Shown piece by piece: positions 52,401 through 63,134 of a stretch of 64,000 nucleotides of DNA. Each line of letters starts with the position of its first letter. Positions within the stretch are counted from its first letter, which is position 1. The position numbers were made by a program, and so were the translations under genes. The stretch lies in the IMG/VR virus record IMGVR_UViG_3300005965_000003; one strand, given 5' to 3'. The notes under the pieces are model-generated. The model ran no database searches and was not told the DNA's origin. It worked only from the letters and a program-made list of their open reading frames with translations. Origin of the DNA: an uncultured virus (IMG/VR IMGVR_UViG_3300005965_000003) (Duplodnaviria > Heunggongvirae > Uroviricota > Caudoviricetes).

Positions 52401-54641
52401 TCCTACAGAAATGAACAATACCTTGAACTGGATTGAAGCATTGCAAAAGGAATCCGAATGATCAATAACCGCAAGAAGCTGGAGAACTACCGCAAGCTAC
52501 TCCAAGAAAGATATGAGGCTCTAACAAAAGAACTCATGGGTCGAGAAGCCGATTATGAGAAATTCGAAGACCGACACCACGGAACAGGACGGGGAACATA
52601 CACAAAAGAATATGTGGATGCGTCCAATATCTCAGACTCCCTCAAGGTACGTATGGCTGTCGATGACTTCCAGACTATCCTCAAAGAAATCAAGAAACTC
52701 GCTGCCAAATAAGGAGGCTCTATGAGCAAGTACATCTGCGGAATGTGTGGTGGTACCGAAGCCGATTTATTTAGGAGGCTCTAAAATGATTGAATCCACA
52801 ATCGAATACAAGATCCCCTTCAAGGATGGTATAGAGGGTATAGAGTACGTGGAAGATTGAGTATGCACAAATCCAACATTGCCAAAGTGAAATGTATGGA
52901 ATGCAATGAGTTCTTTCCCCCCGAGGATTTCGAGGGGGAAGACCTCACTAAGCAGGCCATTCATAAGAAATGTGGACGACTGACTGTCTGTCCAATCTTC
53001 ATTATACATCCCATAAATGAAAGGATAATATGAACACCAAGATCGCCTACATGTATCGTGACGGTGACAACTACAAACAATACGAGGAAGTCGTCATCCC
53101 CGGAGAGATCACCGACGAAGACAAGGCTCTAATCCTCAGCAAGCGGGATGAGGGTCAATACTTCATCCCCTCTCAGGTAGGACTCAATGACTTGCAGGAA
53201 AGAATGTGCTCACCCATCGGGGACTCAGACCATGTGTGGCATGAGCTGGAAGAAGAAGATATCTCCCACACCCATGATGACCCCACCCCTAACCACGGCT
53301 TTGATAATATCTCGGAGCTGGTGGAAAGGTTCAAGGCTCTAAAAGAGTGGGATATCATGGGCGCTACCAAAGATCACAATTTTAATCCCGAACAGTAATA
53401 TTCTTTCACAATCAAACAAATGGAGGACAATATGTCCCGTACGGTAGAAATCTATCTGTCTGACCTCACCGAAGAGAAACAGCAGGAAGTCCTTGAGGCT
53501 TCCGGACTCTCATCCGCCGACAACTGGGATGTATCACCTCTGGCTATCCTCGAATACGAGGACGAACCCTATGAAGAATAAACGCTTCACCATCCCCCGG
53601 TCCTCTAAATATGCCCGACACCTTTGGGGTCGGGCAGGGACCCTCCTTAAAGAAACACCCACACAGGTATACGATTATGCAAATAATCGTATAAAAGACT
53701 CTAAAGAATACTGGCTCAAGTTTGATGAGCCTGTACCAGCCAAGGATGAGTTCGGGCATGACTCCCCTCTGGCTGGTTGGGAAGGCATATGGATATCCAA
53801 GGAACTCATAACCGAAGCGGAGGACAACTGATATGAATAAGAATTGTAACGACTGCGGGGTATTGCTCCCCACCGATGCCAAAGGATCACTGTGCGTCTA
53901 TTGTGAGAAATCAAAAGAACGCAGAGAAGAACACAGAGCCTCTTGGATCTCCTACAATGAACCCGAGGCTATGAAAGAACTCAAGCCCGGTATGTATCTC
54001 GGTCTGTACCATGGATTCAAGAACGAGCAAGAACGACAAGAGACAGAGGATTGGGGAGCCAATGGCCCCTGTATAGGTCCCCTCGTCTTTGCCCATACCA
54101 CCTATGCGGCTCACATCAAACTGCGCTTCAAGGATGATGAGACGGCTCAGAGATTCGGCTTTAATGAAGCCGATGACTTTAATGAGATAAAGATTAAAGG
54201 AGATGTCGTAGAATACGATGGTATGGAATACGGAGACTGGACCTGCTTCACCCACCCCACCCCGGAGATGAAATGACTAAACGTAAGTACGGGTATATCA
54301 TTACCCAAAAAGGTGCCCCCCAACTCACAAAGAATATCGGTGACTCCTATACTTTTCTGGTGCCGGTAAGCATTCAAACAGATAACAATAAACAAAGAGA
54401 AACTCTTGAGGAAGTCACTCACATTTTCTATAACTCAGATAAAGGATGGGTACCGTACCTGAGTACATGCGAAAGTGACTACAGTACCCTGCTCTTTGAT
54501 TCCGATGAAGATGCCGAACTGCTCTCCGAAATGGCTCAAGCCCTCGGGGACAAAGCCATCAGCCAGATGTTCTATACGGCTGAATGCATCTGGAAAGCAG
54601 CACCCCAGGAGTTCTCTATCACAGATGAAGATATCCTCTAA
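49412..54641 (+). other. array of small acidic hypothetical genes (49412, 49594, 50574, 51504, 51927, 52458, 53030, 53833, 54273 and others)
   Basis: Co-oriented overlapping ORFs; several starts use GGAGGCTCTATG. Confidence 0.65.
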
Positions 54642-54921
54642 GACACAAGTCATCACGTATTATCAAGGCTCTAACACAAACAAGGAGACTCTATGAACAA
54701 GGCTCTAACCTATAAGACTGAAGACTTCCGAGTCATCACCGATACAGACATGACCCACTGCCGCTCCACCCGCTGAGGAAGTGATCCAATTGATCATCAC
54801 CAAACTCAAACGTGGAGAGTATCAGTAAGTATACGAGGCTCTATCCTTAGAGCCTCTATCCCTCCTCCCACCACCACGGGGAGGGTCTAACCAAGGATCT
54901 AACACCCAACAAGGAGGCTCT

Positions 54922-55719
54922 ATGAGCACCCGTGGTAATGTCACTATCAAAACAAAACATGGGACTTTCATGTATGAAATCCCCTCCTCAGCAGATGAGA
55001 TGGACAACATTAAGCTGCTTGAGAACTGGTCTGGAGATATGCCCGAACTCCAGGAACTCCATATGAATCCCGGTCACGTAGGAAATCCCTCCATCTTCCT
55101 CGATGTCGATGCCATCAAAGGTACCCTGACCATCAGGAAAGCTCAATCCTTTTGGGTCAATGCCCCTGAGGATTGGAGAGAACGTGGGTATATCTGCTAC
55201 CAGAGCGATAAAGACTATAAGCAGTGGGGATACCACTCATGGAGAAGAGGTAATGTAATCATGAGACATACCTATCCCGAGGCTCTAACAACTCCCGGAG
55301 CCGCCCCCGACTGGCTCTATACCAAAGAGGACATGAAGGAACTGGCAAGTATCTTCCAAGGCTCTAACGGGTACAGCCAAGCCGCCTACCTCATGAAGAA
55401 AGTCTCAGCCGTAAAAGAACTGGTACCGGTCTTGTTTGGACCCTATACCAAAGAGGAAATGAAGGAACTGGCAAGTATCTCCCAAGGCTATAACGGGTAC
55501 AGCCAAGGCTCTAACGGGTACAGCCAAGCCGCCTACCTCATGAAGAAAGAATACAAGTACGACCCTCAGAAGATTTATCTGTGGCTCTCAGCCGTAAAAG
55601 AACTGGTACCGGTCTTGTTTGGACCCTATGAAGAACTCCCTACCATGCTCAACTCATGGGAACCTATCAAATCAATCGCCATCTGGCGGATGAAAATGAA
55701 TGAAAGGAAAGCAGTATAA
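54922..55719 (+). CDS. hypothetical protein with recent internal duplication
   Basis: MKELASI.QG.NGYSQ and SAVKELVPVLFGPY each occur twice; tail EELPTML..AIWRMK. Confidence 0.75.
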   Translation: MSTRGNVTIKTKHGTFMYEIPSSADEMDNIKLLENWSGDMPELQELHMNPGHVGNPSIFLDVDAIKGTLTIRKAQSFWVNAPEDWRERGYICYQSDKDYKQWGYHSWRRGNVIMRHTYPEALTTPGAAPDWLYTKEDMKELASIFQGSNGYSQAAYLMKKVSAVKELVPVLFGPYTKEEMKELASISQGYNGYSQGSNGYSQAAYLMKKEYKYDPQKIYLWLSAVKELVPVLFGPYEELPTMLNSWEPIKSIAIWRMKMNERKAV

Positions 55720-56180
55720 ATGCTGCACAAAAACTACTACGGCATTTTCGGCCTTGCACCAGTAAAATTCGGCGCAAGGCTCTCTAAACCGATCCTAAAC
55801 CAGTCCTAAACGGAGGTACACGAATGAAAAACGTCCAAATCCCGATGCAGTTTGATGAAGAGGCTCTAAAAAACCTCAGAGAGCAGAAAAATGAGCTGAT
55901 TAGGGCAAGAAATAATGATGCTCTCTCAGAAAATGTAGAGGGTATCATACACATGATCGACCACATCCAGGATTATTTGGCGGACAACAAGATATTTCCT
56001 GAAAATGTGGTATTCGACAAGGGATTGCGAAGACTGGCAGTATGAAGTAGCAAACAATGATACCCGCCTCGGGTATCATGAGTGGGTCGAAAAGAAAAAA
56101 GAAGAAGATTCGTAATCAAATAAGTATATTGTTATTGGTTGTTCCCTTTTACCTCCATTTAAGGTGCAACCGACTCCGAC

Positions 56181-56218
56181 GGCCCCAAGGAGCCACCACC
56201 TCCGAGGGGCCTTTTTTT
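56181..56218 (+). terminator. intrinsic terminator
   Basis: GGCCCC..GGAG/CTCC..GGGGCC followed by T7. Confidence 0.7.
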
Positions 56219-56261
56219 ATGTCTGAGGAATCGGACCCAATCAACAAAGGAGCAAGTAATC

Positions 56262-56705
56262 ATGACTACCAAAACTATTAAAGAATTCATCATCAAGTTT
56301 AATGAAGACCTCGAATGGAATATCGTAGGCGAAAAACCTACCCCTAAAGAATGGGATCTCTTAGAGGAATATATGAAGCCCACCGTAAAAGCCGTAGATA
56401 ACGGTATCGGCTATTATGAGTATGGTTCCATATGTGCCACACATACCCAAATAGAACCCGAAGTCCAGGAAGAAGGAGAAACCCTCAAAATTAAAGCGCT
56501 GATATCAAATAGCGAACTCCTCAATATGACCCCCGAAGAAATCATTTATGAGTTCTTGGAATACCAAGACTACATCCCAAGCACATACCAATGGAGTACC
56601 CCCAGAAATGAAGTCTCCTGTGACTTCGAACTCGAATGCATCAAAGCTCACTACTCTCCTGAAGATAAAGCAGTAATAGCCGAAATAGGATACGTAGAAG
56701 CCTGA
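56262..56705 (+). CDS. acidic hypothetical protein
   Basis: AAGGAG RBS, 147 aa. Confidence 0.7.
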   Translation: MTTKTIKEFIIKFNEDLEWNIVGEKPTPKEWDLLEEYMKPTVKAVDNGIGYYEYGSICATHTQIEPEVQEEGETLKIKALISNSELLNMTPEEIIYEFLEYQDYIPSTYQWSTPRNEVSCDFELECIKAHYSPEDKAVIAEIGYVEA

Positions 56706-56713
56706 CACCCCCA

Positions 56714-56739
56714 AAATTCTTCCACAGGTGGAAGAATTT
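56714..56739. promoter_or_regulatory. 26-bp palindromic site AAATTCTTCCAC-NN-GTGGAAGAATTT; also 56798, 57035, partial 57303, 59108, 59222
   Basis: Perfect 12-bp arms in three copies. Confidence 0.85.
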
Positions 56740-57343
56740 CGGGGGTACCCCCTCCCTTTTACCCCCCAAGTCCACAAGTCATCACGTAAAACATACAAAA
56801 TTCTTCCACAGGTGGAAGAATTTCGCACCCCCCAAGGCTCTAACAGAAAGGATTTACTATGTCCAAGGCTCTACCCCAAGGGTATGAGGAAGAAGCAGAT
56901 GAATACGCATCCATAGGTTATATCCTGTGGTACGATGAAAAAAAACCACAATACTGGATAACTGATATGGGTGGTGAAGAAATAACCACCTTTAGAAACC
57001 TCGAAGAAGCCAAAAAATGGAGACTCAACCATTAAAATTCTTCCACCTGTGGAAGAATTTCCAACATCCGGGAGGATTAAACATGCCCTTCTACAAAAAC
57101 CAAATCCTCGTAAATGGAAAAGAAAGAAAAGTCAGTAACAATATCACAGATGACAAAACAATCGCACTCGAAAGACACGAAAAAGCCGTAGCATGGGCTG
57201 AACAGTATTCCACTACCTTTGGATACTCCGTTACTGTGAACCTATACAAAGATAATAACCCCATCCTTTCCGTAGATTACGAATACTAAAAACACCCATA
57301 TACTTCCACCTGTGGAAGATTTCCTAACACCCAGGAGGTAAAC

Positions 57344-57883
57344 ATGACCCTCAGAAAAGGCGACAGGGTAGCTTTCAAAAACCAAGGCTCTATCTTCTCC
57401 AGAACCGTGGTCAAAGGAGGCTCTAAAAGAATCCATGTCATACGTGATGGTGGTGAGTATGAAGTAAAAGGACCACCCGAATGCTTCAAGAAGGTAGATA
57501 TACCACTACCAAAAGACCCACCCTCCCCCATGGATAAATACCAAGTCATCAGCTATAACGAGATCCCAGGACACGGAGATACCCCCACTTTCTCCGCTAC
57601 CATCACTAAAGACGGTATACCCATCCTGAAAGCCTCTAACGATGGGTGGGGTGGCTCTAACTGCTATGATCCCATCTCCTCAGGCTATAAAGAAGAAGTC
57701 TGGAAGTTCAAAGATGCCGCAAAAATATGGGCCCTCCAGTTCGGGGCATCCAATCCCCTCGAAGCTGAAGACCTATGGATAGATTGGTACGTAAATAAAC
57801 GCCCTTATGCCGTCACTGCCCAAGCATATTGGGAGGAATACAACGAAATGATCAACCCTAAAGGAGGTACCCCTATCGATTAA
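57344..57883 (+). CDS. hypothetical protein
   Basis: AGGAGG RBS; NDGWGG motif. Confidence 0.75.
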   Translation: MTLRKGDRVAFKNQGSIFSRTVVKGGSKRIHVIRDGGEYEVKGPPECFKKVDIPLPKDPPSPMDKYQVISYNEIPGHGDTPTFSATITKDGIPILKASNDGWGGSNCYDPISSGYKEEVWKFKDAAKIWALQFGASNPLEAEDLWIDWYVNKRPYAVTAQAYWEEYNEMINPKGGTPID

Positions 57884-58014
57884 TTGACTGCCTCTGTCTC
57901 TTTTATTCACTTTTCCCAAAGGTACCCTATCCCTATTTAATTGAATGCTCTTAAATAATACCCGTATACCGATGGGGTACCACCCAAAACCAAACCAATC
58001 ATGGAGGTAAAACC

Positions 58015-58287
58015 ATGGCAACAGCAACCAAATCCACCAAAAACAACATCATCCAGACCAAAAACGGACCCCGGACCTACAATTTCGGTCCCGTGAAACT
58101 CGGTACCATCACCTACAGCAACAAAAAGAAGGCCATCATCCAGCTTCTAAAGCGATCCAAGATGTCCCAACATGAAATCGCCCTCAAGATCGGAGTCACC
58201 GAAGCCCGTGTGTCTCAGGTGAAGAAGGAACAGGGCCTCAGAACGCCCGAAGGGCGTGTCGTAGGCTCTAAAAAGCGCATCCGGTAA
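58015..58287 (+). CDS. small basic helix-turn-helix DNA-binding protein
   Basis: MSQHEIALKIGVTEARVSQVK; GGAGG RBS. Confidence 0.8.
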   Translation: MATATKSTKNNIIQTKNGPRTYNFGPVKLGTITYSNKKKAIIQLLKRSKMSQHEIALKIGVTEARVSQVKKEQGLRTPEGRVVGSKKRIR

Positions 58288-58536
58288 CCCAACTAGGGTA
58301 CCCCCCTCCAAAATGTCTCTGTGGGCTTTTAAAAAGCTCTCAGGGGCAAGGGGTACCCCCTACCTTCTCCAAGGGTTTATATCTATGATGTACGTCCTCA
58401 CAGTCCTTCTCATCATCATTATCGTGATGATGTTAGGTATGTGGCAAGGATTAGTCACAATGAATACCAACATGGTAAAATGTCTCAGGGCTATACAGAT
58501 AGAAATAAAGGCTCTAAAAACCAATAAGGAGGATCT

Positions 58537-58971
58537 ATGATTATGATATCTCTGAACATCGTTATCATTCTGCTGGTTCTGTGGTCGATACTCTGGAACT
58601 ATAAGATGATGAATAACCTTTATAACGAAGTTATAGAGAAGTCATCCATACTCAGAGAGAAGATCGACTTCCAGGAAAGAAAGGTAGAAGGCTTCGGTAC
58701 AAAACTCCAAGGCTCTTATGCCATGGGTGAAGCTATGTGTAGGAGAGTAGATATACTATCCAAGGATATAGACTCCCAATCCAAAATGCTTACCGGTTTA
58801 TGTGTCTCTCTCATACCCCCCGATAAAATGGATGCCTTCTTCACTACACTGGATGAATACCAGAAGATGAGAAAGAAGTTCACCCAATCCCCTCCCCCGC
58901 CTACGGCGGATGAGAAAAGCTCCCATACCCAAGGCTCTACCAATTCCGATCCTGGCTCTAACGATTCCTGA
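58537..58971 (+). CDS. membrane-anchored coiled-coil protein
   Basis: N-terminal hydrophobic helix. Confidence 0.65.
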   Translation: MIMISLNIVIILLVLWSILWNYKMMNNLYNEVIEKSSILREKIDFQERKVEGFGTKLQGSYAMGEAMCRRVDILSKDIDSQSKMLTGLCVSLIPPDKMDAFFTTLDEYQKMRKKFTQSPPPPTADEKSSHTQGSTNSDPGSNDS

Positions 58972-59076
58972 TAGGATCTTAGATCAAGTATAGGTAAAAT
59001 ACTCCTACCCCCCTCCATTCTCTTCGCGCCAAAGGCGCATCGAGGGTGGGGGGAAAGGTGGGGGGTACCACACATG

Positions 59077-59104
59077 CCATCTATTAAGATTGCTTAATAG
59101 ATGG
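59077..59104. other. perfect 12-bp inverted repeat at a strand-skew switch; candidate origin element
   Basis: CCATCTATTAAG-ATTG-CTTAATAGATGG. Confidence 0.6.
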
Positions 59105-59660
59105 TCGAAATTCTTCCACAGGTGGACAAATTTGGGTATAGGAGGCTCTAAATTCTCCGGGCGCGTCAGCGCGGGGAGGGTTTTGAGGGTCTAACAGTAA
59201 ATTTTGGTGGTCTGTGGGGAGATTCTTCCACAGGTGGTCGAATGTGGCGCAAACGAATAGATCAGGATCATTTATTTGGAGTGGACTAAATTAATAGGTT
59301 ATCTTCCTATTATTTATCTATACTCCACCCCTCCCCGCCTTCGGCGGATAGGAGAGGCACTTAAAGGGGTATTCAAATGCATACCCAAGGGTTATCTTCA
59401 AGAGTATGCAGGTAATGCATAGAGATTCATTTAACATCTTAAACATCTGGATCATATCACATGACCGGATGTATATGGCTGTAGGAATGAGTGTATCGTA
59501 TTCGCTTCTATGGAGTGGGTTAGTGAAGCGTATATCGGTGAGTAGCTTTTGGGATAGATTATGGTATGCCGTAGGTGGAGCTATAGGGACGTATGTAGCT
59601 TTGTTACTCAAGGACTTTTTATAGGGGAGGTTGGGGGATATGTCGGAAAAGGGATTATGT

Positions 59661-60092
59661 ATGAGGTTGGTGACAATCTGTACAGATGGAGCGTGTTCTT
59701 GTAATCCCGGTATAGGTGGATGGGCGGTGTCATTGACAGCACGTCCTAAGGATGTGGATAGGATACGTACACGTTTTATATCGGGGTATGAGAATGACAC
59801 TACCAACAATCGTATGGAGCTTATGGCGGCTATACGGGGGTTGGAGGTATTGAAGGAGCCCTGTCGGGTAGTATTGCATAGTGATTCACAGTATTTGGTT
59901 AAGACCATGACTAAGGGGTGGTCGAGGAAAAAGAATCATGATTTATGGGCGAGTCTTGATGAGTTGAGTCGTATCCATGATATAGATTGGCAATGGGTGA
60001 GGGGTCATTCTACTCATGCGGGTAATAACAAGGTGGATGAGTTAGCGGTTCGGGCTATACGGGAGCGTGGTGGGGTGGATTACTATTCCTGA
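59661..60092 (+). CDS. rnhA: ribonuclease HI
   Basis: TDGACSCNPGIGGW, TTNNRMELMAAI, SDSQYL, WVRGH, N..VDELA. Confidence 0.97.
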   Translation: MRLVTICTDGACSCNPGIGGWAVSLTARPKDVDRIRTRFISGYENDTTNNRMELMAAIRGLEVLKEPCRVVLHSDSQYLVKTMTKGWSRKKNHDLWASLDELSRIHDIDWQWVRGHSTHAGNNKVDELAVRAIRERGGVDYYS

Positions 60093-60609
60093 TGCGGGAG
60101 GTTGATGATGCCTGTATGGATGATAGCTCTGCTTGTTGTGTACAGTATGGTAGCTACGGTGTTAGTCTACTTGATGGGTCTGAATATGGGTAGGGCTGTA
60201 CGGAGGTTGGAGTGGGTACGGGGTTATGTGCGTTGTCCTAAGCACATTTGCAAGAACCTGAACCGGAAGTGTCATATTTGTGTACGTCGTTCTTGTATAG
60301 ATATGTTTGAAGAGATAGAGGGAGATGGGATCACAAATAAGAAGTGAGAAGATTTAATTATTAATTTCTAAAAAGTATCTTGTATTGTGAGGAGGTATTA
60401 AATGATAGTAGACACTGATGCGTTGCTTCGAGCGATAGAGTATTATGAGGACTCCGAGGTTCCTGATTGGGAAACCTGCCCCATCTCCACACTCAATGCC
60501 GCAGAGCGGCGGGCACTTAATAGACGAGAGGTCATAGAGAGATTCTGTGCGTTGGCAGAAGAGTTCGGTGATTCGATAGTGGAATCCGGCGATGGGGGAG
60601 GTAAAAGCG

Positions 60610-61071
60610 ATGCAGACAATCATGACATCTCGTAAGCAGGTGCCTGCGGTATTCAAGAAGGTATCGTGGGTATCGGGTATGCGGAATCTGGATATGGGTG
60701 CGGGTCGGTATCCTGAGTTGTTTACTGAGGCTTTGGCATCAGTAGGGGTGGAGAATCATTCATACGACCCGAACAATCCTTTTATCTCACAGATGCCTGA
60801 GGGGCAGTTTGATACGGTAACGATCAGCAATGTATTGAATGTCATAGATACCTGGCGGGGGAGGATCAGTCTGGTATCGGGGGCATTGTCTAAGGCTCCT
60901 GTGGTTTATATCACGGTGTATGAGGGTGATCGTTCGAGAGAGGGCAGGGAGACTCGTGATGGTTACCAGATGAATCAGCCTCTGAGGTTCTACCTGGATG
61001 AGATCATCGAATACTTCCTTTTCATTAGCATACAGATGAAGAATGGAGTTTTGACCCTCGGGAGGATTTGA
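60610..61071 (+). CDS. small class I SAM-dependent methyltransferase
   Basis: NLDMGAGR, YDP, FDTVTISNVLNVI, TVYEGD. Confidence 0.8.
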   Translation: MQTIMTSRKQVPAVFKKVSWVSGMRNLDMGAGRYPELFTEALASVGVENHSYDPNNPFISQMPEGQFDTVTISNVLNVIDTWRGRISLVSGALSKAPVVYITVYEGDRSREGRETRDGYQMNQPLRFYLDEIIEYFLFISIQMKNGVLTLGRI

Positions 61072-61791
61072 TTGGAATTTTTTCGGATAGTATTTATGAT
61101 GGCCTTTCCTTTGGCTGTCATATATTTGGTGGTAATGATAGCCGCGAGGGTTGACTGGATCAATCCTTTAAGTTGGGGGGTGAGTGAGGTACTTCTGGCG
61201 TATGTATTAACCATAGGGTTTATACTTTTCGTTACCTCCTGTCTTGTACTGGTAGAGTACCGGGAGTATGGTGTATACTTAGCTTTCTTTTTTGGTTCCA
61301 CCTTGGCTACTCAGAGATACAGTGTAGTATTACCGTTGCTTTTCCACATCATTTCTTTGTTCTTAATGGGTGGGATGGTTTATCAATTCTTTCTTTAGGG
61401 GGTGCCTTTATGGGATTCATTACTTGATGCTTTAGCGTGGGGAATAATAGGGTTTATCGTTGGTGTGGTAGTGGAGAGGGTGCTTAGCGGGATTCATAAG
61501 AAAAAGGATAGCTGATGCGTTGCTTACGGTGATGGTACAAGGATACACCTTGTTATGCTCACACGCAATTTGAGCGTATTCATAGTGATTGCCGGATCGG
61601 CAAACACCTGATGAAGGTACAGGAGGAAAAGGTATGAGTGATACATTCAAGCAGACTTTAAAGAGGATAGCTGAGAGTCGTGGGATATCTTATGGTGATG
61701 TCCTGAGAAAGTGGGAATCCTACAAGTATGATTTCATGATGGGGAAGTTCATCACTCCCCCTAACCTGGAGACTTTTCAGGAGGATTATGT

Positions 61792-62118
61792 ATGAATCAG
61801 GCAGAAAAGGACAAGCGTTTTAAGATGTTTGTGGCTGCTGTTACTCGTACCTATCGTCCTTCGGGATCGTATGGGAAGGGTAACAAGTGGATACCATCTC
61901 AAGGGGAGCTACAGCCTTGTTGTGAGCATGTGAGGGCACCTTCACATGCTTATCCTCTATCCATGAAGCGTCATTGTGGGACACGCAAGCATGTGGTGGA
62001 GGTCTTGCGGAACTGTTATCAGATCACGAAGTATGAGGATTTGCCTTTGCTTCTTTCCCAGGATAATGCTTTGGGGAAAGCGGCGAGGGATGTATTAACG
62101 GGTTTTTCATTCAATTAA
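61792..62118 (+). CDS. hypothetical protein
   Basis: CC..VRAPS..YP.S...HC.T.KH; tail YEDLPLLL. Confidence 0.7.
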   Translation: MNQAEKDKRFKMFVAAVTRTYRPSGSYGKGNKWIPSQGELQPCCEHVRAPSHAYPLSMKRHCGTRKHVVEVLRNCYQITKYEDLPLLLSQDNALGKAARDVLTGFSFN

Positions 62119-62783
62119 GGAGGGGTAGATGCCACCTTTCACTTTCATTATTGATCGTCCTTCACTTGTGGGTGAGGCGGTAATGCAGATACTTCTTGAG
62201 CGAGAGTACGATTTTGATGTACGCAGGACATTGACTCAGGGGTTGGTAGTTACCGTACACAGTCCACGGTCCACGGTATGAGGACATACAGAGGATCAGG
62301 GGTATGGAGAAAGTACGGACTTAATAAATGGAGGTACTGATGTACGAAACAACGGTGTCGGTGAGCTTGAAGGTTTCGGTAAAGGTGGAGAGTGAGATAC
62401 ATCCGCAAGACCTTACGGTTAAGGAGATGCGTTTTCTGGCGGCTAATGCAGTTGCTGAGCTTAGCGAGGCAGATATAGACAAGGGAATTACTTCGGTGTC
62501 GGTGGGGCGCACTACGGCGAAGAAGAAAGAGCCGGTTGAGAAGAAGGTGTCCCGGATAGCTTCTCTTTCCCCCTGAGATGCAGGCACGTATCGGTAATCT
62601 TTTCAGTTGCCTTTCCCCCGAGAACTTGTCTGGTGACGGGGAATACAGTCGGGCACAGGTGGAGCGGAGGTTGGCTGATCTGAAGCGGGAGTGGAGGGCG
62701 ATTAATAAGGAGGTAGGTTTTCAGGTGAGTGAGGCTGAGTATTGGGCGTGGGAGTTCAGTAAGCATTGTAAGGAGGAGAGGAA

Positions 62784-63134
62784 ATGATTGATACAATCGT
62801 GAGGGCGGTAGACGGTACTTACATCGATCTATCGAGGGTGGTAGCGATTCTTCCGGTGGAGGAGCTCCCACATTATTTTGGAGGCTTGTACGGGTATGAT
62901 GTAATGTTTTTGCCTGAGGGTATTCCTTTCAAGCAGGACCAGACATTCTCGGTGACAATTAGCAAGAGGTTCGGAAGGCCACCTGAGCTAAGGCGAGAGT
63001 ATACAGAATTTGGTGGAATCACAGATAAGGGCAGGGAGATACTGGAATCTTTTAATCAGAAGTGTATAGCGGAGATGGAACTGTCTCGTGAATCTCTGGC
63101 TAATCAGTGGCGGGGATACAGGAAGCAGGTTTAA
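62784..63134 (+). CDS. hypothetical protein
   Basis: RBS, 116 aa. Confidence 0.65.
   Translation: MIDTIVRAVDGTYIDLSRVVAILPVEELPHYFGGLYGYDVMFLPEGIPFKQDQTFSVTISKRFGRPPELRREYTEFGGITDKGREILESFNQKCIAEMELSRESLANQWRGYRKQV

Larger units (their letters stand above)
47389..59150 (+). repeat. domain of dispersed, polar GGCTCTA heptamers
   Basis: About 53 copies counted by eye on + strand, 2 seen on - strand. Confidence 0.95.

Noticed and set aside
56714..57318. Mini-CRISPR made of the 26-bp palindromes
   Set aside because: Spacing is irregular (about 58, 211 and 240 bp), orientation flips, and ORFs lie between copies.
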